A program made the position numbers and the translations under genes. From Gemmatimonadales bacterium (lineage in GTDB: Bacteria; Gemmatimonadota; Gemmatimonadetes; Gemmatimonadales; GWC2-71-9), in the NCBI GenBank assembly GCA_033764135.1, contig JANRJE010000006.1, forward strand, positions 54,675-118,674: a stretch of DNA of 64,000 nucleotides. The letters run 5' to 3'. Positions 8,926 to 16,617 of the stretch are shown here, in pieces (position 1 is the stretch's first letter; the number at the start of each line of letters is the position of its first letter). The notes beneath the pieces are model-generated. The model was not told the origin of the DNA. It saw only the letters and a list, made by a program, of their open reading frames with translations, and did no database searches.

Positions 8926-9480
8926 TTATCCCCCGAGCAACTGCTCGGGCAGCTCCGCCAGCACCCGCCGAAATGGTGCTGGGTCCCCCTTGATTCGCGA
9001 CACGATCAGCGCCCCCTGGATCAAGGTGATCGCCCGCTCCGCCCGCCTGGCCGCGACCTCCTCGTCGTACCCTGCCGCGGCGACCGCGGCAGCCAGCTCC
9101 CCCGCCCACAGATCGAGAGCGTCTCTAGTCATCCGCCTGAGCGCGCTCCCGGCCTCCCCGATCGACAACGCGTCGAGCAAACACGACTTCTCACCAGATT
9201 GGTAGAAGGCATCCAACTGCCTGGTCATCGCCAGCACCCGATCGCGTATCGGCAGCGATTGGTCCCTCAAAGGAACCAGCGCCACTGTGTCCAGCCAGAC
9301 CCGGGCCCGGTCCATCACCGCCTCGGCCATCTGGGCCTTCCCACCCGGAAAACGGTGATAAAGACTGGCCTTGGCAAGCCCTGTCGCCTCAGCGATAGCA
9401 GCCAGACTCGCCCCCTCGTACCCGTATTGCCGGAATACATCGGTGAGTGTCACCAGGATCTGCTCTTCGGAGAGCACCAT
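8926..9480 (-). CDS. TetR-family transcriptional regulator
   Basis: N-terminal HTH 'FRQYGYEGASLAAIAEATGLAKASLYHRFPGGKAQM'. ATG at 9480. Confidence 0.85.
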   Translation of the reverse strand: MVLSEEQILVTLTDVFRQYGYEGASLAAIAEATGLAKASLYHRFPGGKAQMAEAVMDRARVWLDTVALVPLRDQSLPIRDRVLAMTRQLDAFYQSGEKSCLLDALSIGEAGSALRRMTRDALDLWAGELAAAVAAAGYDEEVAARRAERAITLIQGALIVSRIKGDPAPFRRVLAELPEQLLGG

Positions 9481-9527
9481 GCTTGGGCCTGCCGCCTTTC
9501 GTGGGTCAGTTAGGATCACAAATCAAA

Positions 9528-9547
9528 CTATACCGATCGTTCGGTAA
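9528..9547. promoter_or_regulatory. Second copy of the operator, in the TetR/HIT divergent intergenic region
   Basis: ctaTACCGATCGTTCGGTAa has 1 mismatch to 8876-8895. It lies 48 nt upstream of the TetR start. Confidence 0.6.
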
Positions 9548-9689
9548 TGTCAAGTGGGTGGTCGCCAAAACCCTCAGACCCTGAGATCACCGCGCCCCTG
9601 AGCCCGGCGAGCCGGGGGTTATTATCCGCCAAACGCTTGCGGAGACTCACCCGCCGAGCCGACCGAGCCTGATTCTACAGGAGAGCACC

Positions 9690-10127
9690 ATGGCAATCAT
9701 CACCGACCGCGTGGCAGCCGCCCGCGCGGGCAGCAGCAACACCGTCATCGCCAGAGTCACCTCGGGTTGGGCGGTGATGGGCGATCCCCAGATCATGCCG
9801 GGCTATTGCCTGCTCTTGCCCGACCCGGTGGTGCCGAGTCTCAATCACCTTGGGGCCGAGGCGCGGGCGGCGTTCTTGTCGGACATGGCGAGAATCGGTG
9901 ACGCGATCCTGGCCACGACCGGCGCGGCGCGCATCAACTACGAGATTCTCGGCAACGCCGATCCCGAGCTGCACGCCCACATAGTGCCGCGCTACAGCGA
10001 CGAGCCCGCGGACCTTCGCACCAAGCCAGTCTGGTTTTACGATTGGCAGAACGGCCCGAAATTCTCCGTCGAACAACACGGCGACCTTCAGGCGCGCATT
10101 CGCGATGCCCTCGCCAATGTGAGCTGA
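9690..10127 (+). CDS. HIT-family (histidine triad) hydrolase
   Basis: 'ELHAHIVPRY' histidine-triad-like motif near the C-terminal third. Size about 145 aa. Confidence 0.65.
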   Translation: MAIITDRVAAARAGSSNTVIARVTSGWAVMGDPQIMPGYCLLLPDPVVPSLNHLGAEARAAFLSDMARIGDAILATTGAARINYEILGNADPELHAHIVPRYSDEPADLRTKPVWFYDWQNGPKFSVEQHGDLQARIRDALANVS

Positions 10128-10172
10128 TCGTCAATGCCGGGTGGCCAACTTGCTGTCGCCTGCGAGTTGCTG

Positions 10173-11108
10173 CTATCCGGACCGCGAGGCACCAATTCCC
10201 GGGGTGCGTGACAATCGATCCCGGAGTTTGCTGAGATCAAAGAACACCACATAGAGCAGCGGGGTGAGGTAGAAGTTCACCCCCAGCAGCACGCCGTTGG
10301 CTATGTGGAAGCCGGCCATCGCCATCAGGTAGAGAGCGCGCGGCACAGTCCCCAGGAACAGCAACGCGGGAAAGGCCAACTCGGCCACGATCGTGAAGAT
10401 CACCAGCCCCCACGCCACCGTTGGGAATTGGGCCAGGTCATAGCCGATGGTCAGGGTCTCGAAGCCCCAGCGGGCGCTCTTGTCGAGCAGGATTTTCTGC
10501 ACGGCGGTGCCGTCGAAAAGCCATGATCCGCCGGCCACCCGCAACTTGGCCAGAGCGCTGCCGCAGTAGAAGATGACGACATAGGCCTGCATCGCCCGGA
10601 TCGGCCAGGATGTCTCCCACCCTTCGATCGGCCGCAGTCGCCCGGTCCGCGCCAGTCGCCGCCGGTCGAGCGAGAGGACATCGCCGGCCCGGGATGCCAT
10701 CAGGAACGCCAGCGCGTGCACCCACATCAGGTAGCGGTGGTGGACATCGCCGGCGGCACTGTCGCGCACGCCCTTGAGGTAGAAGATGCAGAGGATGGTG
10801 ATCGCGATTGCGGTGCGGGTCCGGTAACCGAAGATGATTGCGACTGTCGCCACCATCAGCAACGTGAACGTGACCAGCGACAGGAGCGGGTGCACCTGCT
10901 CGATTCCCAACAGGCGGAAATACCAGATCGGTTCGAGGTAGTGAAAGGCGGGTCCCGCCCGATCAATCGACAGCAGGGTGAAGAAATTGCTGACGTGCAG
11001 CGCGAGCAGGCCGCTGCCGATCGCCATACGGATCAGTCCGAGGTTTTCGGGCGAGGTGGTCCGCTCGAACCAGAAGCGATGCCATGCGGCGACGATTCCG
11101 CCCTTCAC
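10173..11108 (-). CDS. HTTM-domain (vitamin K-dependent gamma-carboxylase-like) polytopic membrane protein
   Basis: 'WHRFWFERTTSPENLGLIRMAIGSGLL' N-terminus followed by multiple TM helices, typical of HTTM proteins. Confidence 0.6.
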   Translation of the reverse strand: MKGGIVAAWHRFWFERTTSPENLGLIRMAIGSGLLALHVSNFFTLLSIDRAGPAFHYLEPIWYFRLLGIEQVHPLLSLVTFTLLMVATVAIIFGYRTRTAIAITILCIFYLKGVRDSAAGDVHHRYLMWVHALAFLMASRAGDVLSLDRRRLARTGRLRPIEGWETSWPIRAMQAYVVIFYCGSALAKLRVAGGSWLFDGTAVQKILLDKSARWGFETLTIGYDLAQFPTVAWGLVIFTIVAELAFPALLFLGTVPRALYLMAMAGFHIANGVLLGVNFYLTPLLYVVFFDLSKLRDRLSRTPGIGASRSG

Positions 11109-11719
11109 TGTTGCGGTGCTCCCGACCGGTCCACGGGCAGCATCCGGCGCTCGGCCCTGACACCTGACGGTGTCCAGCTCAGAATCACCGAGTCGAGCGT
11201 TTCAGCCACAATCCTGGGGCCGGTATGCACATCGGCAATTTCGAGACGACGCCGGGCAGCGCGCAATTCGACGATGAACCGGGGGTCGTCGGGAGTGAGC
11301 CCCAGCGTCCGGTTCACGGTCTCAAAGAGCCGGGCGTGCCAATCCACCTCGACAGTGTTGTAGGCTCCGCTGTCGGTCACGGCGCGGCGATGCTTGGGAG
11401 GCCCCTCCCCGAAGGCACGCTCGGCGAACAGCGGCCAAAAGTTGCGGAACGGCGTGTTGAGGTCGGCAGCCGTGAGCTCCCCCCGGCTGCCGTCGCGCCT
11501 GGTCACCCCGAATCCGTGGTCCCGCACTGTGGCCCGATCCAGCGTCGTCACCGTATAACTGTCGGAGCTGTAGTGGGCGGTGTACATCGGTGCCCATGTC
11601 AGCGGGAAGTCGTCGCATTGCAAAGCGAACCCGCTCAGCACGACAGCGAAGTAGATGGCCAGGCCGCGACTCACGCCGCGGCGGCCGACTGTTGGGGTTG
11701 GGGAGGCGGGCACGCTCAA
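11105..11719 (-). CDS. Hypothetical N-terminally anchored protein, translationally coupled to the HTTM gene
   Basis: One N-terminal TM ('GLAIYFAVVLSGFAL'). ATGA overlap with the HTTM gene at 11105-11108. Confidence 0.5.
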   Translation of the reverse strand: MSVPASPTPTVGRRGVSRGLAIYFAVVLSGFALQCDDFPLTWAPMYTAHYSSDSYTVTTLDRATVRDHGFGVTRRDGSRGELTAADLNTPFRNFWPLFAERAFGEGPPKHRRAVTDSGAYNTVEVDWHARLFETVNRTLGLTPDDPRFIVELRAARRRLEIADVHTGPRIVAETLDSVILSWTPSGVRAERRMLPVDRSGAPQQ

Positions 11720-11980
11720 GATTGAACTCGATGACCGGAGCAGGTGCAGTTGCCGGGGGATCCCCGGAGTATGGCAGGGATCATAATCGGCCTCAACTCG
11801 GGCACAAGCGGCGCCCCGGCATGAAATGAGGATAGCTCTGCGCAGGGCAGTCTACTCGCTACTCGTCGGAATCCGGTCTCCCGGAGCCGTCGCACTCCCA
11901 TCAGGGCGGTACTGCGGGGTTGTGTTGCCGATCCGGGCTGGAGCGTCTATTGTCGGACCACCGCACAACCAACCGGGACC

Positions 11981-12910
11981 ATGACGATGAGCTTCACGCC
12001 AGTTCTCAAGCATTTGGATCCCTCTTTCCAGATCGTCCTGGCGGACATCGGATCAGCCGGAGGTGTTCACAAGCGCTGGCGCAAACTCCGCAATCATGTG
12101 TCCGCCGTACTCTTCGATCCCCTTGACCAGTCGGTCGGTGGGCCGCGCGACCACTATTTCCCGGTAGCGGTGGCCGAGGGACCCGGTCGAACCACCATCC
12201 ACGTCACCAGGCGTGTCAGCATGACGTCAGCGCTGCAGCCAAATTCGGCCCTGCTGGAGCGCTTCTGGGACAAGCCGAAGCACACCGAAATCGTCTCGAG
12301 CTTCGAGGTCCCGACCGACAGTCTTGACAACGTTGTCAGCGATAACGGTATCACGCTGGATGCCATCAAGATCGACATCCAGGGCGGTGAACACGCGGTG
12401 TTGTCAGGAGCGAGCAGGGCGCTCGGCGAGCAGGCCTTTCTCGCGGAGATCGAAGTCTCGTTTCTGGATCGCTACTCCGGCCTGCGGCCCTTCGACGAGG
12501 TCATCGCGAAGATGCGCGAACATGATTTCGAGTTGATCGACATCGGCCGCATCAAGCGCTACCGCCACCACAACAGCTTCGGCGTCGTCAACCCGGGACT
12601 CGGACTCGGCGACCGGGCCGGACGACTCGCCTTCTGTGATGCCCTCTTCCTGAAAAAGGACGAGCCTTTGTTCGACCGGATCTCGTCCGGTGGCGGCGCC
12701 AACGGAGCCGACCTGACACTGAAGGTTGTGCTCACCCTGCTGGCGCACGGCAAGGCAGACCTCGCCGCCTGGATCTTCGACCGGCAGGGCGACCGGATCG
12801 AGCAACCCGCGCGGGATGCCCTCAGTCGCTGCTTCAAGCGGCTCTCCGGCCGCCGCTTCGGAATCAGCGGCCTCCACCTGGTGCTCGACTATTGCGCGTC
12901 GAAGTGTTGA
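11981..12910 (+). CDS. FkbM-family methyltransferase
   Basis: 'LADIGSAGG' and 'LDAIKIDIQGGEHAVLSGA' motifs. Confidence 0.7.
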   Translation: MTMSFTPVLKHLDPSFQIVLADIGSAGGVHKRWRKLRNHVSAVLFDPLDQSVGGPRDHYFPVAVAEGPGRTTIHVTRRVSMTSALQPNSALLERFWDKPKHTEIVSSFEVPTDSLDNVVSDNGITLDAIKIDIQGGEHAVLSGASRALGEQAFLAEIEVSFLDRYSGLRPFDEVIAKMREHDFELIDIGRIKRYRHHNSFGVVNPGLGLGDRAGRLAFCDALFLKKDEPLFDRISSGGGANGADLTLKVVLTLLAHGKADLAAWIFDRQGDRIEQPARDALSRCFKRLSGRRFGISGLHLVLDYCASKC

Positions 12911-13140
12911 CGGCTCTCCCGGCGCCGACACCTCTTCGGGCTGGTCTGCTGCCGCAGCGCCAGAGCCGGACTGCGCCCCCTTCTGCGGTCCGTTCCCACT
13001 AGATTTCGAACGGTACCCGCCCTCCCCGATACCGCGCTCAAGTGGCAGATGCACGTCGGTTTCGCGCTGATCGTCATGTTGGGGATGACAGTCCCCTCGA
13101 TTCCCCGGCGGGGGTCAACACCGACACCGGGAAAGATTCC

Positions 13141-13518
13141 ATGCCAGTGACTGAAGCCATCTCACCCGCACGAATCGCTGCCTCGCTCACCGAACTCTGG
13201 TCGCCGCGAGTGATCGCCGAGCTGGATGACTCCTACCTCAAGGTTGCCAAGGTGCAGGGCTCGCTCGCGTGGCACAGTCACGACAACGAGGACGAGCTCT
13301 TCTACATCCTCAAGGGATCGCTCACCATCGAGATGGAGGACCGCACCGTGGTTTTGCATGAGGGCGAGGCGTTCGTCGTTCCCCGGGGGGTGCGTCACAA
13401 CCCGCGCGCCGAGGCGGAGTGCCATCTGATGCTGGTCGAGCGGAAGACCACGCAGCACACCGGGAGCGAGGTCACCGGGCAGACCCGCTCCTTGGCGGAG
13501 CAGTTGCGGCCGGTGTGA
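13141..13518 (+). CDS. Cupin-domain protein
   Basis: 'WHSHDNEDELFYILKG' and 'VVPRGVRHN' cupin motifs 1 and 2. ATG at 13141. Confidence 0.8.
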   Translation: MPVTEAISPARIAASLTELWSPRVIAELDDSYLKVAKVQGSLAWHSHDNEDELFYILKGSLTIEMEDRTVVLHEGEAFVVPRGVRHNPRAEAECHLMLVERKTTQHTGSEVTGQTRSLAEQLRPV

Positions 13519-13554
13519 GCCAGACGGCACAGGCGTGCACGGACGGATCGAGGG

Positions 13555-14055
13555 ATGCAGATTTCAAGAGACCCACACCCGGGCACAACCATCCCCGGCG
13601 GGGAGGATTCCCTGCCGTCCCACCAACTCCCCGCGAGCCGTCACATGCTGAACGGATCCTGGTACTCCCGATTCGCCAAGACCACCGCGCACTTCTGTGG
13701 TCGGCCCCGGGTCTTCACGCTGGCCGTCCTTGTGATCATTGTCTGGATCGTCACCGGGCCGGCGTTCCACTTCAGCGACACCTGGCAACTGGTCATCAAC
13801 ACCGGCACGACCATCATCACCTTCCTGATGGTGTTCCTCATCCAGAACACCCAGAACCGAGACACCCAGGCGATCCAGATCAAGCTCGACGAGCTGATCC
13901 GGGCGACTCAGGGCGCCCACAACGCTCTGCTAGATCTGGAGGAAATCGAGGAAAAGACACTGGCCACCTTCCGGGCGCGCTATCAGGCCCTCGCGGTGGC
14001 GGCACGGCACGAACTCGCCATCGGCAATCAGGATACCGGAACCCCGGAAGCATGA
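13555..14055 (+). CDS. Low-affinity iron permease family protein (Fet4-like)
   Basis: Two TM helices, then 'FLIQNTQNRDTQAIQIKLDELIRA', the family hallmark. Confidence 0.7.
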   Translation: MQISRDPHPGTTIPGGEDSLPSHQLPASRHMLNGSWYSRFAKTTAHFCGRPRVFTLAVLVIIVWIVTGPAFHFSDTWQLVINTGTTIITFLMVFLIQNTQNRDTQAIQIKLDELIRATQGAHNALLDLEEIEEKTLATFRARYQALAVAARHELAIGNQDTGTPEA

Positions 14056-14110
14056 TGCGTCCTTCCGCCGCGGCAGCCGATCCGGAAATCGCATCTCAAG
14101 GGAGTGCCCC

Positions 14111-14467
14111 ATGTCGATTTTCCTGAAAACCAGCGGGTTGTTGATCATCTCGAACATCTTCATGACCTTCGCCTGGTACGCCCATCTCCGGACCCTCAAC
14201 GCCAAGCCATGGTACATCGCAGCTCTGGCAAGCTGGGGCGTTGCCCTCTTCGAGTACCTGTTCCAGGTGCCTGCCAACCGCCTGGGACATACGGTCTTCA
14301 CGGTACCGCAATTGAAGATCATGCAGGAAGTGATCACCCTGTCGGTATTCGTGCCGTTTTCGCTGCTTTATCTGCGGGAGCCGCTCAAGCTTGACTATCT
14401 ATGGGCAGGACTATGCCTCTGTGGCGCGGCATATTTCCTCTTTCGCGGCTGGACCGTGGCCACCTGA
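14111..14467 (+). CDS. DMT-superfamily small membrane protein (DUF486-like)
   Basis: 'MSIFLKTSGLLIISNIFMTFAWYAHLR' with 4 predicted TM helices, about 118 aa. Confidence 0.6.
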   Translation: MSIFLKTSGLLIISNIFMTFAWYAHLRTLNAKPWYIAALASWGVALFEYLFQVPANRLGHTVFTVPQLKIMQEVITLSVFVPFSLLYLREPLKLDYLWAGLCLCGAAYFLFRGWTVAT

Positions 14468-14529
14468 CTCCGAAGCCGCCCATGCCCCACCACGATCCGG
14501 TTGACGGTTCTCCCACCGAGCGAGGCCTC

Positions 14530-15756
14530 ATGCAGCGCCACCCGACTACCACGTTGATGATCGCCGCAGCTCTGCTGATGTCCGTCACCGCATCGGCAAG
14601 CGCCCAATCCCGGCCCAGCGACTATCTCTACCTCTGGGCCTCGTCAGCCGACAGCTCCGGGCCGGACTTTCTGGCTGTCTATGACGTTCGCGATCGGCCC
14701 TCCGCCGCCGTCTACGGCTCTCTGGTGACCACGCTTCCGGTGCCGGGGCGCGGCAACCGCACCCACCACACCGAACACACGATGCCGGCCGACGGACAGC
14801 TCTTTGCCAATGGCTTCGGATCAGGACAGTCATTCATCTTCGATCTCCGGGTACCCACTGCTCCGCGTCTGGCCGGGCAGTTCGGTGCGGCGGGGGCGCT
14901 GATGCATCCGCATTCCTTCTGGCGGCTGCCTGGTGGCAACATCCTGGCGACCTTCCAGATGCAGCACGATTCGCTGGGGCTCGCACCTGGTGGTCTGGTT
15001 GAGCTTGACCTCAACGGCGGCATCGTTCGTTCGGCCACAGCCAATCTGCCCGGGGTGGACCGCCGCATTCGTCCCTACTCCGCCGCGATTCTGGCTGACC
15101 ATGACCGGATCGTGGTGACCACCACCGACATGGACAACCGTGACACCACCAGTGCGCTCCAGTTCTGGCGCCTGTCGGATTTCTCTCTGCTGCAGACCAT
15201 CTCGCTTCCGGCCGGACCACGCGGTGATGAGGGCTACCGCCCTGCAGAGCCGCGGCTGCTGGCCGACGGCAGGACATTGCTCATTTCCACCTTCAATTGC
15301 GGTCTGTACCTGGTCGACGGGATCACCGAGGCCACCCCTAATGCGCGACTGGTCGCCTCGTTCCCGCGCAAGGCGGGGACCTCCTGCGCCGTCCCAGAAG
15401 TGGTCGGCAATTACTACCTGATCACCGTCCCCGCCTGGAGCGCCGTGGTCAGTCTGGACATATCCGATCCGGCCAACCCGCGCGAAGTGTCGCGGATCAC
15501 GCTTGGCCCCGATGACGTGCCGCACTGGATCGGCATCGAGCCCGGCCACACCCGGCTGGTTGTGACCGGCTATCGGGCGATGAGAACCCGAGTGCTGTTG
15601 GCGCACTTCAATGAACAAGACGGCACGCTTGAGTGGGATGCCAGATTCCGCGCCGCGGACAGCAGTGAATTGGGACTCCGGATGGACGGCATCGACTGGC
15701 CGCATGGCGGTCACGGCCCTGCCGTTCCGCACGGGGCAGTCTTCAGCCGCCCGTAG
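14530..15756 (+). CDS. Secreted beta-propeller protein, selenium-binding protein (SBP56)/methanethiol oxidase-like
   Basis: Signal peptide. 'DYLYLWASSAD...DFLAVYDV' and '...THHTEH' loosely match SBP56 motifs. Weak call. Confidence 0.45.
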   Translation: MQRHPTTTLMIAAALLMSVTASASAQSRPSDYLYLWASSADSSGPDFLAVYDVRDRPSAAVYGSLVTTLPVPGRGNRTHHTEHTMPADGQLFANGFGSGQSFIFDLRVPTAPRLAGQFGAAGALMHPHSFWRLPGGNILATFQMQHDSLGLAPGGLVELDLNGGIVRSATANLPGVDRRIRPYSAAILADHDRIVVTTTDMDNRDTTSALQFWRLSDFSLLQTISLPAGPRGDEGYRPAEPRLLADGRTLLISTFNCGLYLVDGITEATPNARLVASFPRKAGTSCAVPEVVGNYYLITVPAWSAVVSLDISDPANPREVSRITLGPDDVPHWIGIEPGHTRLVVTGYRAMRTRVLLAHFNEQDGTLEWDARFRAADSSELGLRMDGIDWPHGGHGPAVPHGAVFSRP

Positions 15757-15788
15757 CTGAACAACCAACCACCAGAAGGGAGTCCGTG

Positions 15789-16592
15789 ATGCTCGACCTA
15801 CGGCTGTCACTCCTGCTCGCCGCCCTCACCATCGGCTGCCAGTCACCCGCGCCTGCACCAACCTCGTCATTTCCGGCTGGACGATTGGTCGACATGTCGT
15901 ATCCCTACAACGACCAGACCATCTACTGGCCCACCGCTCCGGGATTCGCCAAGAGCACCGATTTCGAGGGGATCACGCCGGCCGGCTTCTACTACACTGC
16001 CAATTCCGTCAGCACCGCCGAGCACGGTGGCACCCACCTCGACGCGCCGGTGCACTTCGCGGCGGGAGCGCACTCCGTGGAGCAGATCCCGCTGGAGCAG
16101 TTGATGGGAATCGTGGTTGTCATCGGGGTCGAGCAGCAGGCAGCGGTCGATCGCGACTACTTGATCACCACCGCTGACATCCTCGCCTGGGAGGCCGAAC
16201 ATGGCGCCATTCCCGACGGCGCGATTGTCCTCTTCCGGACCGGTTTCGGAAAGTTCTGGCCCGACCGCGAGGCCTACATGGGCACCGCCGAGCGGGGCGC
16301 CGACGCAGTGGCGCTGCTCCACTTCCCGGGGATCGATCCGGCCACAGCGGAGTGGCTTGTCGGCGAACGCACCATCAAGGCGGTCGGTATCGACACGCCG
16401 AGCATCGACTTCGGCCAGTCGACACTGTTCGAAACTCACCGCCGACTGTTCGAGGCCAACATTCCGGCATTCGAGAATGTCGCCAACCTCGATCAACTGC
16501 CGCCGACCGGTGCACACGTGATTGCGCTGCCGATGAAGATCGAGGGCGGCAGCGGTGGCCCGCTCCGCATGGTGGGGATCGTGCCGGAGTGA
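15789..16592 (+). CDS. Cyclase-family protein (kynurenine formamidase-like)
   Basis: 'EHGGTHLDAPVHF' metal-binding motif. Signal/lipobox-like N-terminus 'LAALTIGC'. Confidence 0.8.
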   Translation: MLDLRLSLLLAALTIGCQSPAPAPTSSFPAGRLVDMSYPYNDQTIYWPTAPGFAKSTDFEGITPAGFYYTANSVSTAEHGGTHLDAPVHFAAGAHSVEQIPLEQLMGIVVVIGVEQQAAVDRDYLITTADILAWEAEHGAIPDGAIVLFRTGFGKFWPDREAYMGTAERGADAVALLHFPGIDPATAEWLVGERTIKAVGIDTPSIDFGQSTLFETHRRLFEANIPAFENVANLDQLPPTGAHVIALPMKIEGGSGGPLRMVGIVPE

Positions 16593-16617
16593 CCCAGCCG
16601 GGGAGTCGGCCGCCCGG

